NCBI GenBank assembly: GCA_048358235.1
Contig: DBGCDL010000013.1
Span: forward strand, 405 to 64,404
DNA: 64,000 nt
Origin: Oscillospiraceae bacterium
Lineage (GTDB): Bacteria; Bacillota; Clostridia; Oscillospirales; Ruminococcaceae
Direction: 5' to 3'
Shown here: piece after piece, positions 37,926-47,007 of the stretch
How the letters are laid out: every line of letters starts with the position of its first letter
Position numbering within the stretch: the first letter of the stretch is position 1
Made by a program: the position numbers and the translations under genes
The notes under the pieces: generated by a model
Told to the model about the DNA's origin: nothing
Databases searched by the model: none
Seen by the model: only the letters and a program-made list of their open reading frames with translations

Positions 37926-38489
37926 ATGTCGATCATACTGGCATCCCAGTCTCCCAGAAGGATTGAACTGCTGGGGCAGACCGGCTGGGAATTTCAGGTG
38001 ATTCCCTCCCGGTTCGACGAGGACGGGGTGACGGCACAAACGCCTGCGGAGCTGGTCCGGAAGCTGGCGCTGGGAAAGGCCCAGGCTGTTTTGCGCGGAG
38101 ACGGGGATATTGTCATTGGGTGCGACACGGTGGTGGCCCTTCAAAATACGGTTTTCGGCAAGCCCAGAGACCGGGAGGATGCCCGCCGCATGATAACGGC
38201 CCTGTCAGGAAACACCCATTCCGTGATTACGGGAGTCTGCATCCTTTCCGGAGCCCAGACGGTCCGGCAGTTTGAATGTGAGACAAAGGTACGCTTTTTC
38301 CCGTTGACGGAAAAAGAAATTGAGGCCTACATCGATACGGACGAGCCCTATGACAAGGCGGGGGGCTACGGGATTCAGGGGAAAGCCGGGCTTTTTGCCG
38401 AGTCCATCGAGGGCGACTATAACAATGTGGTGGGGATGCCCCTGTCCCGGGTTTACCGGGAGGTAAAAGCCCTGCTGGAAGGCCGCTGA
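37926..38489 (+). CDS. maf: Maf-like nucleoside triphosphate pyrophosphatase
   Basis: IILASQSPRRIELL opening, ..GYGIQG.. motif, AAAGGAG RBS. Confidence 0.92.
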   Translation: MSIILASQSPRRIELLGQTGWEFQVIPSRFDEDGVTAQTPAELVRKLALGKAQAVLRGDGDIVIGCDTVVALQNTVFGKPRDREDARRMITALSGNTHSVITGVCILSGAQTVRQFECETKVRFFPLTEKEIEAYIDTDEPYDKAGGYGIQGKAGLFAESIEGDYNNVVGMPLSRVYREVKALLEGR

Positions 38490-38553
38490 TTTTCTCCCGG
38501 CAGGGAGGACGTTTCCGTATTGTTACATTATTATGAAATTCTTTATTTTTTTA

Positions 38554-38582
38554 TTGTGCAGCGGGAAAAAACAGGCTATAAT
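38554..38582 (+). promoter_or_regulatory. Putative sigma-A promoter of mreBCD (TTGTGC-17-TATAAT)
   Basis: TTGTGC at 38554-38559 and TATAAT at 38577-38582 with a 17-nt spacer. Confidence 0.5.
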
Positions 38583-38641
38583 AATATTTGAATATGCAAT
38601 GATTTGACCTGGGGGAATTCGCCTGGTCAATTGATGGAGGA

Positions 38642-39664
38642 ATGGGAATGTTCACAAAGGATATCGGCATCGATCTGGGTACGGCAAACACCCTTGTATA
38701 CATGAAAGGCAAAGGCATTATTATCCGTGAGCCCTCTGTTGTGGCTGTGGATATCAAAAACGATACAGTCAAAAGCGTGGGACAGGCCGCCAAGGACGTG
38801 GTGGGAAGAACTCCCGGCTCTATCGTTACGGTGCGTCCTCTGAAGGACGGCGTAATCGCCGACTTTGACATTACCACCAGCATGCTGCAGGATTTCATCC
38901 GGAAAGCCATCGGCAGTTCGCCCCTGACCAAAGCCCGGGTCGTTATCTGCATTCCCTCCGGCGTCACCGCGGTTGAGCGCCGTGCTGTCCGGGAGTCTGC
39001 GGAAAAGGCAGGCGCCAAGAAGGTTATGATCGTGGAGGAGCCCATGGCTGCCGCCATCGGAGCAGGTCTGCCTGTCTCCGAGCCTACCGGCAGCATCGTG
39101 GTCGACATCGGCGGCGGCACCACAGAAGTGGCTGTCATTTCTCTGGGCGGCATTGTTGCGGCAAAATCCGTTCGGGTGGGCGGCGACAAGTTCGACGTGG
39201 ACATCATCAACTACATCAAGAAAAAATACAACCTGCTGATCGGTGAGCGCACTGCCGAAAACATCAAGATTGATGTGGGCAACGCCTTCCCGCTGGAGGA
39301 AGAGCTCACCACTGAAATCAAGGGACGAAACCTGCTGACCGGTCTGCCCGAAAACATCACGGTTTCTTCCGTGGAGATCCGGGAAGCGCTGATTGATACG
39401 CTGCAGGAGGTGCTGGAGGCCATCCGGGTCACCCTGGAGAAAACTCCTCCCGAGCTTTCGGCGGATATCATCGATCAGGGTATCGTTCTGACCGGAGGCG
39501 GCGCGCTGCTCCGCGGACTGGACAAGCTGATTGCCCAGGAAACCGGAATGAACGTCCGTGCCGCTCAGGATCCGCTGGACTGTGTCGCTCTGGGTGCCGG
39601 TGCGGTTCTGGAGAATCTGGATAAGCTGTCCAGCGTTTTCTCCACGGACGATATCAAATACTAA
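38642..39664 (+). CDS. mreB: Rod shape-determining protein MreB
   Basis: DIGIDLGTANTLVY, actin-fold phosphate motifs (VDIGGGTTEVA, VLTGGGALL); 340 aa. Confidence 0.97.
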   Translation: MGMFTKDIGIDLGTANTLVYMKGKGIIIREPSVVAVDIKNDTVKSVGQAAKDVVGRTPGSIVTVRPLKDGVIADFDITTSMLQDFIRKAIGSSPLTKARVVICIPSGVTAVERRAVRESAEKAGAKKVMIVEEPMAAAIGAGLPVSEPTGSIVVDIGGGTTEVAVISLGGIVAAKSVRVGGDKFDVDIINYIKKKYNLLIGERTAENIKIDVGNAFPLEEELTTEIKGRNLLTGLPENITVSSVEIREALIDTLQEVLEAIRVTLEKTPPELSADIIDQGIVLTGGGALLRGLDKLIAQETGMNVRAAQDPLDCVALGAGAVLENLDKLSSVFSTDDIKY

Positions 39665-39696
39665 AGGGGTTCATTTCCCGAAAGAACGATCTGTGT

Positions 39697-39747
39697 CGGG
39701 ACGGCCTGATCCGCGGAATCCGTGGGTTCTGCCGTCCCGCATTTTTT
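39697..39747 (+). terminator. Intrinsic terminator/attenuator between mreB and mreC
   Basis: CGGGACGGC...GCCGTCCCG followed by CATTTTTT. Confidence 0.65.
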
Positions 39748-39825
39748 CAAGGATGACCCCTTCCCGCAGCGTGCGCGGTACAAACGGATCTCCTCCCAAG
39801 TCTATCCGAATGGTGGTGACATCCC

Positions 39826-40689
39826 ATGCTGGAATTTTTTAAAAGCCATAAATTTAAAATCATAATTGCGGCAGCGGCGCTGCTGTTTGGAATGATGCTG
39901 TTTTCCGCGTCAGGCGACGGTGTGGCCAACATCCCCAAAAATCTGCTGGAGATGGTGACGACGCCGTTTCAGACTGCGGCTGCATGGGTTTCCCGTGGGA
40001 CGGGAGACTTTTTTGACACCTTCTTAAACGCCAAGAACAATGCGGATGAAAACGAGCGGCTGAAAAGCCAGCTGGCGGAATACAATCAGCTGAAAATTGA
40101 CTATGAGCAGATGAAGGATGAAAATGAGCAGCTGAAAAAAATTGCCGGCATTGTGGACACCAATCCGGACTTCAAGCTGGCTGCTGCCTCGGTGGTCAGC
40201 CGGGATCCTGCCGACCGGTACAGCTCCTTCATCATTGATAAAGGGACGCTGAATGGTGTGGCACTTCATGACCCGGTGATGACGGAAAGCGGTCTGGTGG
40301 GAATCATTACAAAAGTGGGCCCCACCAGTGCCCGGGTTACAACCCTTTTGAGCCCGGATATCCGGGTGAGCGTGTATGAGATCGCCTCCAAAGAGCTGGG
40401 AATCATACAGGGGGAAATTGAACTTTCCGAGGACGGCCTGACCAAGATGTCCATCCTTTCGGGGGAAACCGAAATCAAGGAGGGCGACCTGATTACAACG
40501 GCAGGTTCCTCCGGACTGTACCCCAAAGGGCTTCCCGTGGGAACGGTGGAAAAGATCTCCAGCGAGGAGCATGGCGTGACCAAGTTTGCACTGGTGCGCC
40601 CGCTGTCCGCTCCCGGAACGGTGGACATGGTGATGGTAATTACCGACTTTGAGGGGCAGGGCAGCGAAATGCTGGACTACAGCAAATGA
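39826..40689 (+). CDS. mreC: Rod shape-determining protein MreC
   Basis: N-terminal TM segment, coiled coil (ENERLKSQLAEYNQLK..), beta-rich C-terminal domain; positioned after mreB. Confidence 0.9.
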   Translation: MLEFFKSHKFKIIIAAAALLFGMMLFSASGDGVANIPKNLLEMVTTPFQTAAAWVSRGTGDFFDTFLNAKNNADENERLKSQLAEYNQLKIDYEQMKDENEQLKKIAGIVDTNPDFKLAAASVVSRDPADRYSSFIIDKGTLNGVALHDPVMTESGLVGIITKVGPTSARVTTLLSPDIRVSVYEIASKELGIIQGEIELSEDGLTKMSILSGETEIKEGDLITTAGSSGLYPKGLPVGTVEKISSEEHGVTKFALVRPLSAPGTVDMVMVITDFEGQGSEMLDYSK

Positions 40690-40733
40690 TTTTTTGCCGG
40701 AGGCTGGGCTGAAACGCAGAGAACGGGAAAGGA

Positions 40734-41264
40734 GTGGACCGCTTGAAAATCGAAAAATTGCGCCCTGCGCTGAAATGGCTGATTTTCGCGCTTCTGCTTC
40801 TGGTTTGCTATATCCTGCAGACGACTCCCGGGCTTTTTGAGGTGTTTCATACCAAGCCGGTTCTGATCGTGTCGCTGGCGGTCTGCGTCAGCATGTACGA
40901 GGGAGTGATGTCCAGCGCGTTTTTCTGCATGACGGCGGGCCTGCTCTGGGATATTTCTTCGGATAAGCTGTTTGGCTTCAATGGAGTAATCCTGCTTTTT
41001 TACGGACTGATTGTGGCATTGCTCTGCATTTATTATCTCCACACCAAGGTGCTGAATGCGCTGGTATTCTGCGTGGGGCTATTGCTGATTCAGGGAGTTC
41101 TGGATTACGGCTTTTACTATGCCATTTGGAACCTGGATTCCAGCTGGATTATTTTGGTTCAGCATATCCTGCCTACGGCGGCGTATACGGTGCTGGTCAC
41201 CCCGCTGCTGTTCTATCTGGTCCGTTTTGTGGAGCGAAAATTGAACGAGAACGCCCGGATATAA
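40734..41264 (+). CDS. mreD: Rod shape-determining protein MreD
   Basis: 176 aa polytopic membrane protein directly after mreC. GTG start. Confidence 0.8.
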   Translation: MDRLKIEKLRPALKWLIFALLLLVCYILQTTPGLFEVFHTKPVLIVSLAVCVSMYEGVMSSAFFCMTAGLLWDISSDKLFGFNGVILLFYGLIVALLCIYYLHTKVLNALVFCVGLLLIQGVLDYGFYYAIWNLDSSWIILVQHILPTAAYTVLVTPLLFYLVRFVERKLNENARI

Positions 41265-41321
41265 GACGCTTCATTTTACATTGCGAAAATTGATGCAGAA
41301 GAGAGGAGCTTCGGAAAGACA

Positions 41322-43571
41322 ATGGAATTTGAAAAAACACATAACCGTCGGATTGTCGCGATGATGCTTCTCTGCGTCATTGCGCTGGGGTTCGGTATTG
41401 TCCGGATTTTTGGATATCAGATTGTAAACGGCGCGGGATATGTGGAGCAGTCCCAGAAATCCACGGAAACCAAGGTGGCGGTCACCGCCGCCCGGGGAGA
41501 GATTGTGGATCGGAACGGCGTCCCGCTTACCCGCAATGAAGCGGTGTTCCATCTGGAATTTGACTTTACGGCGATGAAAAAGAAGACCGGAAGCAAAACC
41601 CAGCTGGATAACGACACGGCCAACGCCACCATCAGCCGTCTGATGACCGCCTTTGACAAATTGGGAGAGAGCTGGCTGGACGAGCTCCCGGTGACGATGA
41701 CCGAGCCCTATGAATTTAAGGAAACCGCCACCGAGTCGGAAAAGACCAAGCTCCGGAATCTGCTTTCCCTGAACGATTACGCTACCGCCCAGGACTGCGT
41801 TTACTGGCTGTTTCAGAATTTCGGCATTAAAAAGTATAAGATCGACGGAAAATGCTCCCATTGCGGGCAGAAATATGAGCTCTGCGAATATCAGGGCTAC
41901 GATGAGCTCACCAGCAGGAAGATCGCCGGCGTCCGGTACCAGATGATGCTGACGGATTTTTCCGGGTATGAAGGGCACACCCGGTTTACCTTTGCCGATG
42001 ATGTCTCGCCGGAATCGGTGGCATGGCTTCAGGAGCAGTCTACGGAGTTCCCCGGCACAGTCATTGCCGAGAAGCCCCGCCGCACCTATGTCAGCGGCGA
42101 TGTGGCGCCTTCGATCATCGGAGAAATGAGCCCCATTTACGCCGGGGAGTATGAGGACTATAAGAAGAAGGGCTACCAGATGAGCGATATCGTGGGCCGT
42201 TCCGGCGTGGAGCGGGCCATGGAGGATGTCCTTCGGGGAACCGACGGTGTAATGGGCGTGATCCAGAATACCAAGGGCGAAGTGATTGATACTTACGAAA
42301 TTACTCCTGCTGTGGCGGGAAACACGGTACAGCTTACGCTGGATTACTATTTTCAGAAAGAGCTTCAACGCATTTTAAAGGACTATGTGGAAAACTACAA
42401 CAAGTCCATTGAAGGCGATTCCAAAAAAACGAAAAGCCAGGCTGCCTCCATCGTGGTGCTGGATGCCAAAACCGGCGGGGTTCTGGCTGCGATTTCCTAC
42501 CCCTATTATGACATCAATGTCAGCAAAGCCGAATTGAACGCACTGGATGGGAACCCCGCTTTTAACCGGGCGTTTCTGGGAACTTACCGTCCCGGCTCCA
42601 CCTTTAAGCCCATTGTCGCGGCAGGCGGATTGGCGGAAGGAATCATCACCCCTTCAAACCAGATCCGCTGCACCGGGGTATACGAATACTATCCGGCGCC
42701 CTTCCGCCCCAGCTGTCTGCTGGATAAGCACAGAGTGGGCGCAATGCTGGACGTCTCCCATGCGCTGCAGGTGTCCTGCAACATTTTCTTCTATGATGTG
42801 GGCCGGCGGCTGACCATTGAAAAGATGGGGCAGTATGCCAATCTGTTTGGGCTGGGAGTGGATACCGGGCTGGAAAAGGGAATTTCCTCGGCGTCCGGAA
42901 AAATCACCAGCCGTTCGGACTCCAACTGGCAGGAAGGAAACGTGGTGCAGGCGGCCATCGGACAGGGAGAAACCGGAGTCACTCCCCTGCAGATGGCGAC
43001 TGAGGCCATGACGCTGGGGAATCAGGGTGTCCGGTATGAGACTCATCTGGTGAAATCCGTACTTTCCTATGACGGCAGTCAGGTCATCAAGACCAAAGAC
43101 CCGGTGATTGCGGCGAAGGTGCCCATGACGGATGATGCCATGAACGCCATCCGGACCGGTATGGTTCTGATGGGGCAGGGAATCCGCGCACCTTATGAGT
43201 TGACGGATCTGGGCTATTCTGTGGCGGCCAAAACCGGTACGCCGCAGGTGACGGAAACGCGGCTCAACAGCGCGGCCATTGCCTACGCTCCGGCGGACAA
43301 TCCCGAAATTTCCATTTCCATTATGCTGGAAAATACAGATAACCGTACCTATGTGGCAAAGAATCTGCTCCGTCAGATTCTGCTGACATGGGCGAAGGCC
43401 AAGGCAAATCCCGGCGTGGATTTAAGCACGCTCCCCTCCGCCGCTTCTTCGGAAAGCTCATCGGAAAGCGCTGCTTCTTCCGGAAGTCAGACTTCCGGCG
43501 GAACATCTTCCCGGGTGCAGTCCTCCGCCTCGGAGCCCAGCTCTTCGGCAACGGTTGCTGCGGAGGAGTAA
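41322..43571 (+). CDS. mrdA: Penicillin-binding protein 2 (class B transpeptidase) with Ser-rich C-terminal tail
   Basis: SxxK (GSTFKP), SxN (VSCNIFF), KTGT (AKTGTPQV), N-terminal membrane anchor; positioned after mreD. Confidence 0.9.
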   Translation: MEFEKTHNRRIVAMMLLCVIALGFGIVRIFGYQIVNGAGYVEQSQKSTETKVAVTAARGEIVDRNGVPLTRNEAVFHLEFDFTAMKKKTGSKTQLDNDTANATISRLMTAFDKLGESWLDELPVTMTEPYEFKETATESEKTKLRNLLSLNDYATAQDCVYWLFQNFGIKKYKIDGKCSHCGQKYELCEYQGYDELTSRKIAGVRYQMMLTDFSGYEGHTRFTFADDVSPESVAWLQEQSTEFPGTVIAEKPRRTYVSGDVAPSIIGEMSPIYAGEYEDYKKKGYQMSDIVGRSGVERAMEDVLRGTDGVMGVIQNTKGEVIDTYEITPAVAGNTVQLTLDYYFQKELQRILKDYVENYNKSIEGDSKKTKSQAASIVVLDAKTGGVLAAISYPYYDINVSKAELNALDGNPAFNRAFLGTYRPGSTFKPIVAAGGLAEGIITPSNQIRCTGVYEYYPAPFRPSCLLDKHRVGAMLDVSHALQVSCNIFFYDVGRRLTIEKMGQYANLFGLGVDTGLEKGISSASGKITSRSDSNWQEGNVVQAAIGQGETGVTPLQMATEAMTLGNQGVRYETHLVKSVLSYDGSQVIKTKDPVIAAKVPMTDDAMNAIRTGMVLMGQGIRAPYELTDLGYSVAAKTGTPQVTETRLNSAAIAYAPADNPEISISIMLENTDNRTYVAKNLLRQILLTWAKAKANPGVDLSTLPSAASSESSSESAASSGSQTSGGTSSRVQSSASEPSSSATVAAEE

Positions 43572-43652
43572 TCCCCCTGAAAACGGCAGATATTTGGTAA
43601 TCTGTTCAGAAAAATTCATGTTATTTTGTGCACAAATTTGGTGTATTTTCCC

Positions 43653-43681
43653 TTGCTTTAAATAGTGAAAGTTGATATAAT
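43653..43681 (+). promoter_or_regulatory. Strong putative sigma-A promoter (TTGCTT-17-TGaTATAAT, extended -10)
   Basis: TTGCTT at 43653-43658, TG at 43673-43674, TATAAT at 43676-43681. Followed by a ~200-nt GC-rich leader. Confidence 0.6.
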
Positions 43682-43887
43682 AAAACCACAGTCTTTAATG
43701 TGGGGTGGTGTACCTGAACGGGGACTGCGCTGCGGTTCCCGGAACGGGTTTGGCAGGGCGGACGCCTTGGCACCGATTCACGGGACAGGCCTCTGCAAGG
43801 TATGGCGAAGATCCCGGGCGGATTGGAACCGGCCGGAGAAACCGGCGCCCAAGCGGAGCGGAATAGATTCGGGGGTTCCGGTTTTTT

Positions 43888-44631
43888 ATGGCAAAAATCA
43901 TTGCGGTTGTATCGGGAAAGGGCGGCACGGGAAAGTCCACCGTTTCCGCGTCTCTGGCGCTGGCACTGGCAGCCTCGGGCAGCTCGGTCCTGGCGGCGGA
44001 TCTGGATATCGGACTTCGGTCCATGGATATTTTGCTGGAACTTGAGAATAAAATCGTTTTCGACATCGGGGACGTTCTTGAAAAGAAATGTGCCGTGGAA
44101 GACGCTATGGCGGCCCACAGCCGCTATGACCGGCTGAAACTGCTCTGCGCGCCGGTTTCCATGACCAAAAGCTTTTATATCCCGTCGGTTACGGCTCTCT
44201 TAAGAAAGGCATCTTCTTCTTTTGACTATATGATTCTGGATTTGCCTGCCGGTCTTGGGCTTAGCGTCATTCTGGCCAGGGAGCTGGCGGATCTGGTGGC
44301 TGTGGTCACTGTTCCAGACATCATTACCATGCGGGATACCCGCAAAACCGTGGACGTGATTCTCTCCAACTGCAAAAAGCCCTGCCGCCTGATTATCAAT
44401 AAGGTGTGCCGGGAGACGATGACGGCGGGGGGAGTCAGAGATCTGGACGAGGTAATGGACGAAGTGGGAATCCAGTTGTTTGGGGTAGTTCCGTGGGATC
44501 CGTACATCAATTCCCGCTTTACTTCTCTCAAGGGGAAGGAGTCGCGGGGTGCCCTTACCGAGAGGGTTTTTGCGGCGATGGCGGAACGGGTGAACGGCAG
44601 ATACGTCCCTATTTTAGTAAATCGGGCTTGA
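43888..44631 (+). CDS. MinD/ParA-family P-loop ATPase (orphan; no minC/minE nearby)
   Basis: Deviant Walker A SGKGGTGKST and a MinD-like layout; 247 aa. I saw no obvious C-terminal amphipathic membrane-targeting helix. Confidence 0.75.
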   Translation: MAKIIAVVSGKGGTGKSTVSASLALALAASGSSVLAADLDIGLRSMDILLELENKIVFDIGDVLEKKCAVEDAMAAHSRYDRLKLLCAPVSMTKSFYIPSVTALLRKASSSFDYMILDLPAGLGLSVILARELADLVAVVTVPDIITMRDTRKTVDVILSNCKKPCRLIINKVCRETMTAGGVRDLDEVMDEVGIQLFGVVPWDPYINSRFTSLKGKESRGALTERVFAAMAERVNGRYVPILVNRA

Positions 44632-44695
44632 AAAGCCGGTGAAAAAGAGAATATTGACATGTGAAGTGTCCGAAAAAAGAAAAGGGGAATGAAAT

Positions 44696-45094
44696 ATGAA
44701 TATCGCATTGATCGCACATGACGCGAAAAAGGAACTGATGATCCAGTTTTGCATCGCTTACTGCGGGATCTTGAGTAAACAGAGCCTTTGCGCCACGGGA
44801 ACCACCGGAAAGCTGGTTTCGGAAGCGACCGGCCTGAAAGTGGACCGCTTTTTGAGCGGCACACAGGGCGGCGATCAGCAGATCGCGTCCCGGATTGCCT
44901 GCAATGAGATCGATATGGTGCTCTTCTTCCGCGATCCGCTGACCGTTAAGGAGCATGAGCCCAATGAGATGAATCTCCTGCGTCTCTGCGATGTGCATAA
45001 CATTCCGATCGCCACGAACATTGCCACGGGCGAGATGCTCATTCATGGTTTGGAACGGGGCGACCTTGACTGGAGAACCATTGTTAAAAAGTAA
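44696..45094 (+). CDS. mgsA: Methylglyoxal synthase
   Basis: [10 protein letters not shown].. opening, ..ATGTTG.. motif; 132 aa. Confidence 0.92.
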   Translation: MNIALIAHDAKKELMIQFCIAYCGILSKQSLCATGTTGKLVSEATGLKVDRFLSGTQGGDQQIASRIACNEIDMVLFFRDPLTVKEHEPNEMNLLRLCDVHNIPIATNIATGEMLIHGLERGDLDWRTIVKK

Positions 45095-45117
45095 CGGCTA
45101 AAAAATTGAATGGATAG

Positions 45118-45443
45118 AAAAAAGCGACGACAGGGAATAGTAGCGTCTTGACGGCTCCCCGGAGAGACGGTGTGATCGGGTTTTCCGAAAAACGCCGTCC
45201 CTGTTCCGCGGGCGCCATCGCGTATGCAGAGAGAACCGGAAGCTGGAAAGGTTTGACGCGAGGGACGGGAAGACACCCTTGAGCTGCCGTGTGAAAAAGC
45301 GCGGCCGCAGGCTCTCCGTTAAGGGGCACATCCGGGAATCAGCCGGGTGACAAAGGGGAAAAAGCATCTGCTTTTTCCTGAATCAGGGTGGTACCACGAG
45401 CACTCCTCGTCCCGATTGGGGCTAGGGGTGTTTTTATTTTTCC
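45118..45443 (+). promoter_or_regulatory. T-box leader of hisS-aspS
   Basis: GA/K-turn-like start GCGACGA..AGTA, F-box CCGTTA (~45306), stem III GGAAAAAGCA-TCT-GCTTTTTCC, T-box sequence AATCAGGGTGGTACCACGAG (45381-45400), then a hairpin plus T-run (45431-45441). Confidence 0.85.
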
Positions 45444-45515
45444 GGATGTTGAGATTCCCGATGAAATTGAGGTTGTATGGGATTGCGGTCCCGCATAGAG
45501 AAAGGAATGGATGGA

Positions 45516-46871
45516 ATGGCGATCAACGCACCAAGAGGCACCCAGGATGTGCTTCCCGCTGACAGCTACAAATGGAAATTTTTAGAGAACCTGCTGCTGG
45601 AAACGGCGGCACTGTACGGCTTCTCCGAAATCCGCACCCCCGCTTTCGAACAGATGGATCTGTTCCAGAGAGGGGTGGGGGACACCACCGATGTGGTACA
45701 GAAGGAAATGTTTGAGGTGAAGGGCCAGAAGGGCACCGACGTGTTCGCTCTGAAGCCCGAGGGCACCGCAGGCGTGGTCCGGGCCGCACTGCAGGGCGGA
45801 TTGCTCAACGATTCCCTGCCGCTGAAAGCCTGCTATGTAACCCCCTGCTTCCGGCATGAGCGGCCCCAGGCAGGCCGTCTGCGGGAATTTCATCAGTTTG
45901 GCTGCGAGGTGCTGGGGCCGCAGGCTCCCGCCGCCGATGCGGAACTGATTGCCATGATGAGCCACATGCTGAAGCTGCTGGAGGTCAAGGGCGTGGAGCT
46001 GAACATCAACTCCATCGGCTGCAAAGCCTGCCGCGGGGAATATCATAAGGCGCTTCGGGAGTACTTCGGCGGCCATAAGGATCAGCTCTGCCCCACCTGT
46101 CTGGAGCGGCTGGACAAAAACCCCATGCGTCTTCTGGACTGCAAAAATCCGGAATGTGCTGAAATCGGAAAATCTGCTCCGGTGGTGCTGGATTATCTCT
46201 GCGACGAATGCAAAGAGCATTTTGAAGAGGTGAAATCCCGGCTTACTGCCATGGGAATTCCCTTCCGGGTGAATCCCAAGATTGTCCGGGGACTGGATTA
46301 TTACACCAAGACGGTTTTTGAATTCATTACGACCCAAATCGGTGCCCAGGGAACCATTTGCGGCGGCGGCCGGTATGACGGACTGGTGGAGGAGCTGGGC
46401 GGAAAGCCTGCTCCGGCGCTGGGCTTCGCCATGGGGCTGGAGCGGATGCTGATGGTGCTGGAAGCCCAGAATACCCAGCTGCCCAAACCGAGACAATGCG
46501 ACTTGTATATCGGCAGCATGGGGAAAGAGGCCAACCGCAAGGCCGGTGAGATCACCGACCGGCTTCGTGCCGAGGGCTTTTACGTGGAATATGACCTGAT
46601 GGATCGCAGCGTGAAGGCACAGATGAAATATGCCAACAAGCTGGGGGCCCGGATGTCGATGATTCTGGGAGACAACGAGCTTTCCACCGGCAAGGCTGCG
46701 CTGAAGGATATGACCACCGGCGAGCAGAAAGAGATTGCCTTTGAGGCGGATCTGATGAATCTGCTGTATGACGCCATGCTGGCCAGGGAAGCGGACGAGC
46801 TGGCAGGCCAGATCGGCCCGGACGCTTTCCAGCGGATTATGGGTCTGGAAAGCGGTGAAAAGAAAGCCTGA
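45516..46871 (+). CDS. hisS: Histidine--tRNA ligase
   Basis: Class II aaRS; opening ..APRGTQDVLP.., motifs ..FRHERPQAGRLREFHQ.., ..GGGRYDGL... ATG 45516 chosen by RBS spacing. Confidence 0.95.
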   Translation: MAINAPRGTQDVLPADSYKWKFLENLLLETAALYGFSEIRTPAFEQMDLFQRGVGDTTDVVQKEMFEVKGQKGTDVFALKPEGTAGVVRAALQGGLLNDSLPLKACYVTPCFRHERPQAGRLREFHQFGCEVLGPQAPAADAELIAMMSHMLKLLEVKGVELNINSIGCKACRGEYHKALREYFGGHKDQLCPTCLERLDKNPMRLLDCKNPECAEIGKSAPVVLDYLCDECKEHFEEVKSRLTAMGIPFRVNPKIVRGLDYYTKTVFEFITTQIGAQGTICGGGRYDGLVEELGGKPAPALGFAMGLERMLMVLEAQNTQLPKPRQCDLYIGSMGKEANRKAGEITDRLRAEGFYVEYDLMDRSVKAQMKYANKLGARMSMILGDNELSTGKAALKDMTTGEQKEIAFEADLMNLLYDAMLAREADELAGQIGPDAFQRIMGLESGEKKA

Positions 46872-47007
46872 CAGGCAGAGCTTTCAAAACACCGGGTCTG
46901 TTTCGTTCAATGGAGGGCTTGGACACCTGCCGGTTTCTCCGCAGGGCAGGGAGAATGTTTGACTTATGAAATTGTTGCCGGGCGGAGCGGCGGAATGGAG
47001 CATCGTA

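Noticed and set aside
43682-43885. Match of the MinD-like leader to known riboswitch classes (ykkC/guanidine-I, ydaO/c-di-AMP, FMN, glycine, c-di-GMP) or to 6S/SRP RNA
   Set aside because: There are only short chance resemblances (GGTTCCCGG, CCCGGGCGGA, ACCGGCG). The diagnostic cores of each class are missing, and end-to-end pairing for a 6S-like rod is poor.
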